This document shows positions 8,854 through 18,763 of a DNA stretch of 64,000 bases, one piece after another; the stretch's first letter is position 1, and the number at the start of each line of letters is the position of its first letter. Below the pieces are notes generated by a model that ran no database searches, was not told where the DNA came from, and saw only the letters and a program-made list of their open reading frames with translations. Location: positions 3,005-67,004 of the forward strand of contig DAHUYO010000004.1 of assembly GCA_027315185.1 (NCBI GenBank). Direction: 5' to 3'. Both the position numbers and the translations under genes were made by a program. The DNA comes from Acidobacteriota bacterium. Lineage in GTDB: Bacteria > Acidobacteriota > Terriglobia > Terriglobales > SCQP01.

Positions 8854-9381
8854 GTGCCACGAGCACAGGCAAGAACGGGGGCGGCGCGCGGGCCGGCCGT
8901 GCCGAGAATAACCGCGGACTATATCTATTACTATTACGCGAAGCTGGTAATCGCGCCCGCGGCGGGCGAAGCGGGCAATTACCGCTTCATCATGGACCGC
9001 TACAAGCGGCTGCGCGATGGCACGCTGCAGATGTCCCATTATGATCGCGAACTGCTGGCGCTGGCCGGGGCTGACGCCTGCGCCTACTGCGGAGCGAAAG
9101 GCGACCTCCGTGCCGAGCCCGTCGTACCGCGGGCCTCGGGTGGGCCACTCGGTCTCCAGAACTCCGTGCTCACCTGCCAAGAGTGCGCTGCCGAGAAGGG
9201 CGTCCGCGACCTGGTCGAGTGGTGGTTGTCTCGCGCCGGGCGAGACCTGGACAACCTGCCGCGCCTCCCGATCGGCCTCTATTTGAAGATGGCCTTTGAG
9301 GCCCACCAAACACATTTCACGCTCAACTCCCCGTGCCAGTCCCTGGCGGGGCTGTTCCCACAGCACACGCGGGGCGGCTGA
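8854..9381 (+). CDS. HNH-fold zinc-binding protein with substituted catalytic residues
   Basis: CAYC...EPVVPxxxGG...N....CQECAAEKG follows HNH spacing, but H->P and N->A; start GTG 8854 or 8899. Confidence 0.7.
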   Translation: MPRAQARTGAARGPAVPRITADYIYYYYAKLVIAPAAGEAGNYRFIMDRYKRLRDGTLQMSHYDRELLALAGADACAYCGAKGDLRAEPVVPRASGGPLGLQNSVLTCQECAAEKGVRDLVEWWLSRAGRDLDNLPRLPIGLYLKMAFEAHQTHFTLNSPCQSLAGLFPQHTRGG

Positions 9382-9392
9382 CCCGGCAGAGG

Positions 9393-10607
9393 TCAGGCCC
9401 TGCGGCGGCGGGTGGCGGCGGCGGTGAGCAGGAGCACGCCGGTGGAGGCGACCAGAGGCAGGGCCAAAACCCAGCGCGGGCCGATGGCGGCGAGGCGGGA
9501 GGCGATCCAAGGGCCGGCGGAGCCGCCCAGCAGGGAAAGCGTGATGACGGCGCCGAAAGCGGTGCCGGTGTCGGCGGGGAAACGGTCGGCGGCCAAGCCC
9601 AGGCCGGTGGGATAGATGGCGGCAAAGCCGAAGCCCACCAGAAGAAACGCCGCGACCATCAGCGCATAGCTGCCGGCGGCGATGGCCAGCAGCGAGCCGG
9701 CGATGACCGCCGAGGCGGAAGCCCACAACGTCCAGCGATTGCCCAGCCAGCGCAGCCAGCCGACCGCTAGCAAGCGCCCGGCGCCGAGCGCGGCGCTCAG
9801 CACGACCAGCACCAAGGCGGCGCGGCGGACATCGGCGCCGAGGGCCGATTGGGCGATTTTGCCGGCCCAAACGAACATGGCGTTCTCCTGGCCGGATTCA
9901 AAGAACAGCAAGGTGCCGAACAGCCAGACGATGGGCTGATTCAGCACGCGCAGCAGATCGCGGGGATGGCTGCCAGGGCGCGAGGCCGCGGGAAAGGGCA
10001 GTAGGAGGACGGGCAGCAGCACCAGGGCGGTGAGGGCGGCGAGGGCGTGGATGACGGCGCCGGCGGCATGGGGCCCGGCGGCGGCCATCAGCAGCGGCGA
10101 GCCGATGGCGCCCAGGCTGAAGAAGAAGCCCAGCAAGTTGAGGGCGCGGCCGCGAGCCGCCGGATCCGCGTCCTGCGGGGTCAGGGCGGCCAGGTCAGCG
10201 ACCAGCGCGTTGGTCGCGGTGTTGAGCAAGCCGCCGCCGAGGCCGTAGACGAACGCCGCGGCGAGCAGCAGTTCGCTGCCGGCCAGGCCGGGCATGACCG
10301 CCAAGGCCGCGGCCACCAGGGCCAGACCGGCGGCGAGCACGGGACGGGCGCCGGCGCGATCCAGCCAAGGGCCGCAGACGACGGTGGCGGCGAGAATGCC
10401 GAGCAGCGGCAGCGACCCGAGATAGCCCGCTTGGGCGGTGGTGACGGACAGCGACGGCAGCCATGCGCCCATCAGCAACAGCACGATGCCGAAAATGAAC
10501 ATGCCGGCGTCGGCGGTGGCGAACAGCGGCCAACGCGGCCCGGAAGGGGCCGTGGTGGAGATGGCGCCGGGGATGGAAGGTCCGGTGGTCACGGTTGCGG
10601 CCATCAT
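9393..10607 (-). CDS. MFS transporter (FucP/TsgA-like sugar permease)
   Basis: About 12 hydrophobic helices, GPWLDRAGAR motif A. Confidence 0.85.
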   Translation of the reverse strand: MMAATVTTGPSIPGAISTTAPSGPRWPLFATADAGMFIFGIVLLLMGAWLPSLSVTTAQAGYLGSLPLLGILAATVVCGPWLDRAGARPVLAAGLALVAAALAVMPGLAGSELLLAAAFVYGLGGGLLNTATNALVADLAALTPQDADPAARGRALNLLGFFFSLGAIGSPLLMAAAGPHAAGAVIHALAALTALVLLPVLLLPFPAASRPGSHPRDLLRVLNQPIVWLFGTLLFFESGQENAMFVWAGKIAQSALGADVRRAALVLVVLSAALGAGRLLAVGWLRWLGNRWTLWASASAVIAGSLLAIAAGSYALMVAAFLLVGFGFAAIYPTGLGLAADRFPADTGTAFGAVITLSLLGGSAGPWIASRLAAIGPRWVLALPLVASTGVLLLTAAATRRRRA

Positions 10608-10745
10608 ACGGCAGGCAGCCAAGCGCCATTGCGCCGGCCGCGCCGTGGGCGAACGGATTCGAGCCGCTTGTTCAGGCCGCGCGGCGGCGGCGCCGTCGCG
10701 GCCGGGCGTTACGGCTTTTCGCTCCGCTCTGGTTCCGGCCCCGCG

Positions 10746-11522
10746 CTAGCCGTTTATCCCGCGGGCGCGGGCGGCGTGTTGGGCGCGGCGGCGGCGATAC
10801 TCGGCGAAGACCTGGGCGTTGTTTTCCGGGCCGACCTCCTTCACGTTGGGCGAAACAAAGGGCTGGGGCGTGACGCCGCGGCGGCGCAGCTGGGCGGCGA
10901 CTTCGCTGACCAGGGCCATGCCGATGGTGATGACGGCAACGGTGGAACCGGCCCCGACCTTGCCGGCCATGCCCTCCACCGGCACCAGCGCGTCCTCGGC
11001 GGGCACGCAGTTGTCAATGACCAGATCGCAGGCGTCGGCCAGCTTTTTGCCGGAGCTGTGCGTCGCGGTCTTTTGCCGGGCATTGTCCAGGGAAGTGACC
11101 GCGACGGTCTTCAGGCCCCGCGCTTTGGCTTCCAAGGCCACGTCAATGCCGGCGGCGTTGATGCCGCCGTGGGAGAAGACCAGCAGCACGTCGCCGGGAA
11201 CCAGGTCCTGGGTCTCCAGGAAGATTTTGGCGTAGCCTTCCTTGCGTTCCAGCCACAGCAATTCATGCACGCCGCCGGCGTCCAAAACGCTGAACCACAT
11301 GAGCCGGGAATCCATCATCGGATGGAAACCGGCGTAACTGCCGTAGCGCGGAAAAATGTCCATGACCGGCAGGACGGAGTGGCCGCTGCCGTAAACATGG
11401 ACCAGGCCGCCGGCGGCGATGGCGTCCGCCATCCACTCGGCCGCCTGGCGGAGGTTGGAGGTTTGCGTTTGCCACAGGCGATTCAAGACGCCGGTGATTT
11501 CCCGTTGGTAGGTTTCAATCAT
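10746..11522 (-). CDS. SIS domain sugar-phosphate isomerase-like protein
   Basis: YGSGHS, FSHGG, AVTS motifs. Confidence 0.85.
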   Translation of the reverse strand: MIETYQREITGVLNRLWQTQTSNLRQAAEWMADAIAAGGLVHVYGSGHSVLPVMDIFPRYGSYAGFHPMMDSRLMWFSVLDAGGVHELLWLERKEGYAKIFLETQDLVPGDVLLVFSHGGINAAGIDVALEAKARGLKTVAVTSLDNARQKTATHSSGKKLADACDLVIDNCVPAEDALVPVEGMAGKVGAGSTVAVITIGMALVSEVAAQLRRRGVTPQPFVSPNVKEVGPENNAQVFAEYRRRRAQHAARARGING

Positions 11523-11532
11523 GAGTGTCTGC

Positions 11533-12564
11533 CTAAGAAATGGACCGGTCCCGCGGCGGGCGGGCGCTCAGCTGCGCCAGCCGTGCCGCGCCCAGCAGCG
11601 CCGCCTGGGGGCCGAGGGTGGAACGACGCACGCGCACCTGGCGCGCGGCTAACGGCTGGGCCCAGCGGCGCAGCTCGCGGCGCGCGGGAACCAGCAGCCA
11701 GCCGCCGGCGGCGGCCACGCCGCCGCTGAGGACGATGACCTGGGGATTGAGGATGCTGACCAAATTGGCCATGGCGCGGCCCAGCTCTTCACCCGCCTGG
11801 CGCAGCAGGCGGCGGGCGGCGGCATCGCCGCGGCGGGCGCGCTGGGCGAGTTCGCTGGCGGTCAGCGGCTGGCCGAATTCGGCCTGGGCGGCGCGGGCCA
11901 GCGCGGGACCGGCGGCGTGCGATTCCAAGCCGCCGCAGCGGCGGTAGCCGGGAAGAAAATCGGGGCGCAGCGCCATCCAGCCAACGGAGCCGGACAATTC
12001 CGCGTGGCCGCGCAGCAGGCGGCCGCCGCTCCAAATGCCGGCGCCGATGCCCGTGCCGACGGCCAGCAGAATGGCGTCGCTGGCGCCGCGAGCGGCGCCG
12101 CGCCAAACCTCGCCGGCGATGAACGCGTTGCGGTCGCTTTCCACCAGCACCGGCAACCGCAGGCGCCGGCGCAGCAGGCGGCCGAGCGGCATGCGCCGCC
12201 AGCCGGGAAGATTCGGCGCCCAAACGTCGCCGTTGGGATAGGCCAAGCCGGGAATGGAGACGGCGACCCGCGGCGGGAGGAGCATTATGCCGCGCTTCCC
12301 TGCCTCGCGCCGGCCTGCCCCGCGCCGGCCTGCCCCGCGCGCGCCTTCCACGCCTGTGCCCGCGGCGCGCTCGCCGCCGGCTGGCGGCAGCAGCGAGGCC
12401 AGCATCTCCGCCAGGCGATCCACGACGGCCCTGCCGCCGGCGGGGGTGGGTGCGGTGGCGTAACCGCTGACTCGTCCGCCAGCGCTGACGCGGGCGACGG
12501 CGATCTTGGTGCCGCCCAGATCCGCGGCCAGCGTGGCGCCGGGCGCCAGGCGCGCCGAACTCAC
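11533..12564 (-). CDS. ROK family sugar kinase
   Basis: DLGGTK, VGTGIGAG, CGGLES; GTG start overlaps the GntR stop (GTGA). Confidence 0.85.
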   Translation of the reverse strand: MSSARLAPGATLAADLGGTKIAVARVSAGGRVSGYATAPTPAGGRAVVDRLAEMLASLLPPAGGERAAGTGVEGARGAGRRGAGRREAGKRGIMLLPPRVAVSIPGLAYPNGDVWAPNLPGWRRMPLGRLLRRRLRLPVLVESDRNAFIAGEVWRGAARGASDAILLAVGTGIGAGIWSGGRLLRGHAELSGSVGWMALRPDFLPGYRRCGGLESHAAGPALARAAQAEFGQPLTASELAQRARRGDAAARRLLRQAGEELGRAMANLVSILNPQVIVLSGGVAAAGGWLLVPARRELRRWAQPLAARQVRVRRSTLGPQAALLGAARLAQLSARPPRDRSIS

Positions 12565-13328
12565 CGCAGTTCCACCGTTAGGCGGCAACGGTCGCCGCGC
12601 AGTAAGCCGGAGGAGAACTCGATGGCCCGGCCATCGCCGCCCAGCGTCAGCCGCTCCAACTTCATGCCCGCGGCCCGGGGCCGCACCCCGAGCAGCTTGG
12701 CTTCCTGCTGGTGCAGCAGCACCGGCTCGTAGCTCTCGCGGCAACTCACCGGGGGACGCTGATAGTCGGTGGCGAAAATCTCATACAGCGAACGTCGGGC
12801 ATGGTCCTTGTCCATCAAGCCCGGGAACAGCGCCAGCGGGACGTAGGACGTGTGCAGAAAGAAGGGCTCGCCGTTGACCAGCCGCAGGCGCTCGATCGCG
12901 ACGACCTTTTCCCGCCGCCTAAGGCCCAGCCGCGCGGTCACCTCCGGCGCCGGCGTTTCCAGGGCGATGCGCCGGTTGCGCCAGCTGGGCTCCAGGCCCT
13001 GGCTGGCGACATGCGTGGTGAATCGGTAGAAATGATCCAGTTCCTGGGAGATGCGCGGCTGGGCGATGTGCGTGCCGCGGCCGCGATGGCGGGTCAGCTG
13101 GCCGGCGGCCTCCAACTCGTCCAAGGCGCGCTTGGCGGTGATGGCGCTGACGGCGAAGCGTCGGCAGAGGATTTTTTCCGTGGTGAAGAAGTCGCCCGGG
13201 CGCAGGCGGCCGGCCTGCAGGCCGGCTTGGATTTCGCCGGCGAGAATGCCCTGGATGCGCGCGTAGAGGGGCGCGCTGGGTTGCTCGCCCGCGCCGCCCG
13301 CTTCCGCTTCCACGATGGTTGCCGCCAT
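12561..13328 (-). CDS. GntR (HutC/UTRA) transcriptional regulator
   Basis: wHTH TEKILCRRFAVSAITAKRAL...RGRGT followed by a UTRA-type domain. Confidence 0.9.
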   Translation of the reverse strand: MAATIVEAEAGGAGEQPSAPLYARIQGILAGEIQAGLQAGRLRPGDFFTTEKILCRRFAVSAITAKRALDELEAAGQLTRHRGRGTHIAQPRISQELDHFYRFTTHVASQGLEPSWRNRRIALETPAPEVTARLGLRRREKVVAIERLRLVNGEPFFLHTSYVPLALFPGLMDKDHARRSLYEIFATDYQRPPVSCRESYEPVLLHQQEAKLLGVRPRAAGMKLERLTLGGDGRAIEFSSGLLRGDRCRLTVELR

Positions 13329-13368
13329 GCTCCTGCCTGAGAACCGCTCCCGTCATCCTACACCAAGT

Positions 13369-13380
13369 TTGATATATGAA
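13369..13380. promoter_or_regulatory. Candidate GntR operator in divergent promoter
   Basis: Near-palindrome TTGATATATGAA in the only AT-rich patch between the GntR and GH42 genes. Confidence 0.4.
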
Positions 13381-13437
13381 TTGGGGAGCGGGGCGGGTAG
13401 GATGGGAGGTTCACCGCAGTCCGGAGGAAAAATCGCC

Positions 13438-15750
13438 ATGCATCGTTCTGCTTCGCCGCGGCCGCGAGCGGCCCTGGCCGCCCTGTGGTTCGCCGTATTC
13501 GCCGCGGCGCCCCTGGCGGCGCAAACCTGGCAGATCCCCACCAAGCCGCTGCGGGCGCGGCAGACGGCGGCGAACCGTAACTTCTTTCCCATCGCGGTGT
13601 GGTACTCCGGCGGCAAATCGCGGGCGCCGATGATCTCCCGCCATCCGCGGCGGGAAAAGCAGGAATGGCTGCGCGACCTGCGGACGATCAAGGCGACGGG
13701 CTTCAACACGGTGAAGACCTGGGTGGATTGGTCCACGGCGGAACCGCGGCCCGGGCAGTTCCACTTGGCGGGCCTGCGGCAGATGCTGGCGCTGGCGCAC
13801 CAAGTGGGGCTGCGGGTGATCGTGCAGGTCTACGCCGATTCCGCCCCGTCCTGGGTGGGAGAAGAAAACCCAAAGGCGCGGTTCACCACCGCGACGGGAG
13901 TGAAGATCCACTCCCAGGCGGCGCCGGGATATCCCATGGACGCCCCCGGCGTGCGCCAGGCGGAGTTGGGGTTCTACCAAGCCGTGGCGCGGGTGGCGGC
14001 GGCCAGCCCCGCGTTTTACGGCTATGACCTGTGGAGCGAGCCGCACCTGGTCAACTGGGTTTGGTTCAACGACCTGCCGCACGTCCAGTTCGGCTATAAC
14101 CCCTACACGCAGGCTCGCTTCCGGCTGTGGCTGAAGCAGAAATACGGCGGCAGCCTGGCGCGGCTGAACCAGGCCTGGTACCGCACCTACACCGCTTGGA
14201 GCCAGGTGCAGGCGCCGCGCTTCGGAACCATCTTGTCGTACACCGATTTTCTCGATTGGCAGGACTTTTTGTCCGACGATTTGGCCCTGCAACTGCGCGC
14301 CATGTCGCGGGCGGTGCATCAGGTGGACCCCACGCACCTGACCAGCAGCCACTCCGATATTCCGGGCGTTCTGAACACGCCGTTGAGCGGCTACGTGAAC
14401 CCGGACGACTGGAAGATGGCGCCGCAGGTGGATTATTACGGCGCCAGCTTTTATCCCAAGCACGCGGATACGGTCTTCGGCGGCTGGAAGCCGGCGTTCC
14501 GCGCTTTCGCCTACGACGGCTCCTACGCCGCCAGCGGCGGGCGGGGCTTCTATGTCGGCGAGCTGCAAGCCGGGCAGGGGGCGACGGGCCTGCGGGTGAA
14601 TGTGCCGGTGACCGCGGCCGACATCCGCGACTGGACCTGGTCGCTGATCGCGCATGGCGCCAAGGCCATCTGCTACTACGCCTGGTATCCGATGAACGCG
14701 GGGTACGAATCCGACGGCTATGGCTTCATCCACCTGGACGGCACGCTGACGCCGCGGGCCCGGGAGGGCGGCCGCATCTCCCGCATCGTCACCCGGCATG
14801 CGCGGCTGCTGCACCAGGCGCAGCCGGCGCCGGCGCGGATCGCGATTCTCTACAACCCGCTGTCATACATGAGCGGCGGCGACACCGTCGGGCCGGGGGA
14901 ACGGGTGCGGAACTCCATGCTGGGTTTCTACCGGGCGCTGTGGCGGGAAAACATTCCGGTGACCTTCATCCACGCCCATCAAGTGGCCCAGGGCGGCTTG
15001 GCGCAATACCGGGCGGTGTATCTGCCCTACGCCATCACGCTCAGCGACGCCGACGCGCGGGCCATCCGGCGCTATGTGCGCGACGGCGGCATCGCCATCG
15101 GCGAGGCGCGGCTGGCGTGGAACAACGGCCGCGGCTTCGCCAACGCCCGCATTCCCGGCGGTGGGCTGGCGCGGGTGTTCGGCGTGCGGGAACAGACCCT
15201 GGTGCCGGGCGCGAAATCGCACTATACGTTTCTTCCCTCCGCGCCGGACGGCCTGGCGGGACTGACGCTGCCAGCGGCGCAGTTCCAGGAGGACTTGCAG
15301 GTCACGCGCGGCCAGGTCCTGGCGCGGTTCTCCGACGGCGAGCCGGCGGTGGTGGCCTCGCATTACGGCCGCGGCAAGACGATTTTCGTGGGCACCTTTT
15401 TGGGGCTGGCGGCGGAGCAGGCCAAGACGCCGGACGCGGACTGGGCCATCCAGGCGATGGCCCGCTGGGCCGGCATCCGCGCGCCCGTGCAGGTGACCGG
15501 ACCGGACGCGGCGGCGGTCGAGGCGCGCCTGCTGGAGCGCGGCGGAACGACGGTGCTGATCGCCGTCAATCGCGGTCCCGCGGGGTCGTTCCAAATTACC
15601 GTGCACCGGCCGGCGGCGGCGGCGTCCAATTGGCTGGCCCACGGCGCGTCGGCGCCCCTGCACGCCGTGGCCGGCGGCGCGCGGCTGGAGGTGCGCTTGA
15701 AGCATGAAGGCGTCGCCGTCATCGAGCTGACGCCGGCGGCGCTAAAATAA
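13438..15750 (+). CDS. Secreted GH42-like beta-galactosidase
   Basis: Signal peptide, GFNTV, WSEP acid/base, GELQ nucleophile, trimerisation-type domain; GGAGG RBS. Confidence 0.8.
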   Translation: MHRSASPRPRAALAALWFAVFAAAPLAAQTWQIPTKPLRARQTAANRNFFPIAVWYSGGKSRAPMISRHPRREKQEWLRDLRTIKATGFNTVKTWVDWSTAEPRPGQFHLAGLRQMLALAHQVGLRVIVQVYADSAPSWVGEENPKARFTTATGVKIHSQAAPGYPMDAPGVRQAELGFYQAVARVAAASPAFYGYDLWSEPHLVNWVWFNDLPHVQFGYNPYTQARFRLWLKQKYGGSLARLNQAWYRTYTAWSQVQAPRFGTILSYTDFLDWQDFLSDDLALQLRAMSRAVHQVDPTHLTSSHSDIPGVLNTPLSGYVNPDDWKMAPQVDYYGASFYPKHADTVFGGWKPAFRAFAYDGSYAASGGRGFYVGELQAGQGATGLRVNVPVTAADIRDWTWSLIAHGAKAICYYAWYPMNAGYESDGYGFIHLDGTLTPRAREGGRISRIVTRHARLLHQAQPAPARIAILYNPLSYMSGGDTVGPGERVRNSMLGFYRALWRENIPVTFIHAHQVAQGGLAQYRAVYLPYAITLSDADARAIRRYVRDGGIAIGEARLAWNNGRGFANARIPGGGLARVFGVREQTLVPGAKSHYTFLPSAPDGLAGLTLPAAQFQEDLQVTRGQVLARFSDGEPAVVASHYGRGKTIFVGTFLGLAAEQAKTPDADWAIQAMARWAGIRAPVQVTGPDAAAVEARLLERGGTTVLIAVNRGPAGSFQITVHRPAAAASNWLAHGASAPLHAVAGGARLEVRLKHEGVAVIELTPAALK

Positions 15751-15754
15751 AGCC

Positions 15755-16318
15755 ATGAGCATTGGCACCGAGCGCTACCAGAATCTGGACCCGCACGACT
15801 ATCGGCCGGGAACGCAGGAAATTTATTACGGTAGCCAGCAGCATGAAGGCTTGGTGCTGACCACGCTGGACCGGGCGGTCAACTGGGTGCGGAAAAACTC
15901 GATTTGGCCGATGACCTTCGGCCTAGCCTGCTGCGCCATCGAGATGATGAGCATGTCGGCCTCGCGCTTCGACATCGCCCGCTTCGGCGCCGAGGTCTTC
16001 CGGCCCTCGCCGCGGCAGTCGGATCTGATGATCATCGCCGGCCGGGTTTCGCAGAAGATGGCGCCGGTGATCCGGCAGCTGTATGAACAGATGCCGGAGC
16101 CGAAATACGCCATCAGCATGGGCGCCTGCGCCACCTCGGGCGGGGTGTTCAACAATTACGCGCTGGTGCAGGGCGTCAATCAGGTGATCCCAGTCGACGT
16201 CTATTTGCCGGGATGCCCGCCGCGGCCGGAGCAGTTGATCTACGCCATTCTGATGCTGCAAAAAAAGATCGAGGAAGAGCGGGGCAGCTTCAAGCGCGCG
16301 CTGAACCTGAGCAGCTAA
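15755..16318 (+). CDS. nuoB: NADH-quinone oxidoreductase subunit B
   Basis: [29 protein letters not shown]. Confidence 0.95.
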   Translation: MSIGTERYQNLDPHDYRPGTQEIYYGSQQHEGLVLTTLDRAVNWVRKNSIWPMTFGLACCAIEMMSMSASRFDIARFGAEVFRPSPRQSDLMIIAGRVSQKMAPVIRQLYEQMPEPKYAISMGACATSGGVFNNYALVQGVNQVIPVDVYLPGCPPRPEQLIYAILMLQKKIEEERGSFKRALNLSS

Positions 16319-16498
16319 CCGCCCTAGAGGCGGGGCGATCACACCTCGTATCGCTGCGGGGAGCGTTCGGTCGTTCGCCCGCGATCCTCATCCCACCATC
16401 GCCGGCGCCGCGTCAACCACGAACTGTCCGCAGCGTTTTCGCCGCGCCGCCGCGCGCTGCGCGCCGTTTACCCCTCACCTCGCCGCCGGCGGGAGCGC

Positions 16499-17563
16499 CT
16501 ATCGGCAGTTGACCGCGCAGGCCCCGACCAAATAGCCCAACATGCCGCCGACCACCAAATCCGAGGAGAAGTGCACCTTGCCGGTGAAGCGCAGCACCGA
16601 AATTGTCGTGGCCAGCCCGTAGCCCACCCACGCCACCCATTTATGGCGGGGATAGCGGTGGGCCAGGAACGAGGCGACGGTGAACGAGGCCATCGCGTGG
16701 CCGGAGGGAAAGCTGTTGCCGCCTTGGAAAAAGCCGCCGTCGCCATCCCCGGTCAAAAACGGCCGCTCCCGACCAGCAGCGAGCTTCAGCGCCTGCACCG
16801 CGGCAGTGGTATACCCGATGGCGGCGACGCCGGCCAGTAGCGTTTTCCATGGATTGTGATCGCGCCGCAGGAGGAAGCTGTCGGCCACGCCTTCGATCGG
16901 CAGGGCGATCAGCAGCAGATCGTTGGAGACGGTGCGGGAATCGTAGGCGCCGTCGTTGGGGGCAACCTGGGCGGAGGCGTTCTGGTCCACGAACGCGATC
17001 AGCGCCGCCGTGCCCAAGACCGCCGGAACGGTGAACTTCCAGTGATGCACCGCGGCGACGGGCAGATGCAATGTGCCGCGCCATAGGCGTCCGAGGGTGG
17101 CCCCGGGCGAGGCGTCGAAGCCGCCCGGAGGGGCTTCGACGGCGCTGGGACGGATCCATTTACCCGACAGTCCACTCGACAATGCACCCGAAAATGGCGC
17201 GACCGCCAAGGCGCCGCTTGCAAGCGCGACCGGGGCGCCGCTTGGGGCCGGGATTAGGGCGGCGGCCACCGCATCCGCCGGAGCGCCTGTCAAAGTGCCG
17301 GCTGGCGCGGCGGCCGCGCCGATGTTGGGAGCGGCGCTGGCCGGGGCGGCGGCCGGCGTCAAGGAATCCGCCGGCGGCGGCGTCTGGGCCGGCCGTTGCG
17401 CGTGAGCCGCAACGCAGAACGTTATCAGCAGGGCGGCGGCGAGATGGCTGCGGCGAACCCCGGGGAGCCGCGCGGCGGCGCGGCGGTTCGCGCCTGGGGC
17501 GGAGCGGTACAAATGGTCTTCCGAAGCGCCGCAACCGCCTGGCGCCGAACCCGATTGGTGCAT
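16499..17563 (-). CDS. PAP2 family phosphatase (paralog 2)
   Basis: KxxxGRERP, SFPSGHA, RxxxxxHFxSD; start uncertain. Confidence 0.8.
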   Translation of the reverse strand: MHQSGSAPGGCGASEDHLYRSAPGANRRAAARLPGVRRSHLAAALLITFCVAAHAQRPAQTPPPADSLTPAAAPASAAPNIGAAAAPAGTLTGAPADAVAAALIPAPSGAPVALASGALAVAPFSGALSSGLSGKWIRPSAVEAPPGGFDASPGATLGRLWRGTLHLPVAAVHHWKFTVPAVLGTAALIAFVDQNASAQVAPNDGAYDSRTVSNDLLLIALPIEGVADSFLLRRDHNPWKTLLAGVAAIGYTTAAVQALKLAAGRERPFLTGDGDGGFFQGGNSFPSGHAMASFTVASFLAHRYPRHKWVAWVGYGLATTISVLRFTGKVHFSSDLVVGGMLGYLVGACAVNCR

Positions 17564-17760
17564 TTCCGTCAGAGTAGCCGAGCCGCGGTCAGCGCGCCAT
17601 CCGGAAACGCTCGCGGTACGCAGTCCAAGCAGCCTACGCACGCTTGCGGCCATACAACCGTGCGTTGCCGTCCGCCAGCGCCATCTCCGCGCGCCCGGGC
17701 GCCGCGCCCGGAGGAAACCCGCGGGGCCGCCGGCGCGCCGCGGCGGCGGCACGGTCCCGG

Positions 17761-18717
17761 TCAACGGCAGGCTATGGCGCAACGGCCGACCAGGAATCCC
17801 ATCACGCCGCCGAAAAACACGTCCGCGGGAAAATGCTCCTTGGCGGTGACGCGAAGGATGGCGACCGCCGTGGCCAATCCGTAGCCAACCCGCGCCACCC
17901 ACTTTTGGCGGGGATAACGATAGGCGAGAAAGGAGGCCACGGTAAAGAAGGCCATGGCGTGGCCGGAGGGAAAACTGTTCCCGCCCGCGATGAAGGCGCC
18001 GTCACTGTCGCCGGGAAGGTAGGGGCGTTCGCGTCCGGCGGCCAGCTTCATGGCTTCCATCGCCGCGGTGGCGTATCCGATCGTGAACGCGCCCATCACC
18101 AGGGTGCGCCACGCATTGTGTTCGCGCCGCAGCAGCAGGCTGTCGGTGACGGCTTCCGCGGGCTCGGCGATGAGCAGCAGGTCGTTAGAGAGGTTTTTCG
18201 AATCATGCTCGCCGTCGTAGTTGGTAATGTGCGACGCAACCGGACGGTCCACGAAGGCAATCAGGGCGGCAGTGGTCAACACCACCGCGGCGGTAGGCTT
18301 CCAGTGCTTGACGGCGGCGGCGGGCAGGCGGAGCGTACCATGCCAAAGGCGGGACAACGTGGGGATCGGGGCGGTGCGGAGCGGAGCGGACGGCGGCTGC
18401 CCGAACGGCGCAACCCGGGGGAGCGCCGCTCCATCCTGAGCGCCGCTGCTCGGAGCGGGGCGGACCCAGCCCGCAGACCGAGGCTCCGGATGTCGCGATA
18501 TCGCCGGGAGCGGAGAGAACTCGCGTTCTCGCCCGCGCTCCGCGCGCGGCGCGGGAAAGCGCCGCGCTAAAGCGGGCATGGAGCGAAGCGGTGCGGCCCG
18601 CGGCGCGTGCCGGGTGGGCGCGACGCCGGCGGTCCGCGGCCCGCAGGCGGCGGGCGCCTGCGCCCAGGGGGCGAGCGAGAACCAGACCACCAGCACCGCC
18701 GCCGCCGATTTTGCCAC
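17761..18717 (-). CDS. PAP2 family phosphatase (paralog 1)
   Basis: KLAAGRERP, SFPSGHA, RVTAKEHFPAD; start uncertain. Confidence 0.8.
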   Translation of the reverse strand: MAKSAAAVLVVWFSLAPWAQAPAACGPRTAGVAPTRHAPRAAPLRSMPALARRFPAPRAERGREREFSPLPAISRHPEPRSAGWVRPAPSSGAQDGAALPRVAPFGQPPSAPLRTAPIPTLSRLWHGTLRLPAAAVKHWKPTAAVVLTTAALIAFVDRPVASHITNYDGEHDSKNLSNDLLLIAEPAEAVTDSLLLRREHNAWRTLVMGAFTIGYATAAMEAMKLAAGRERPYLPGDSDGAFIAGGNSFPSGHAMAFFTVASFLAYRYPRQKWVARVGYGLATAVAILRVTAKEHFPADVFFGGVMGFLVGRCAIACR

Positions 18718-18763
18718 GCGCCATCCAGATGCCCGGCGGCGCCGCCGCGTCGCCCCGGCCGCG

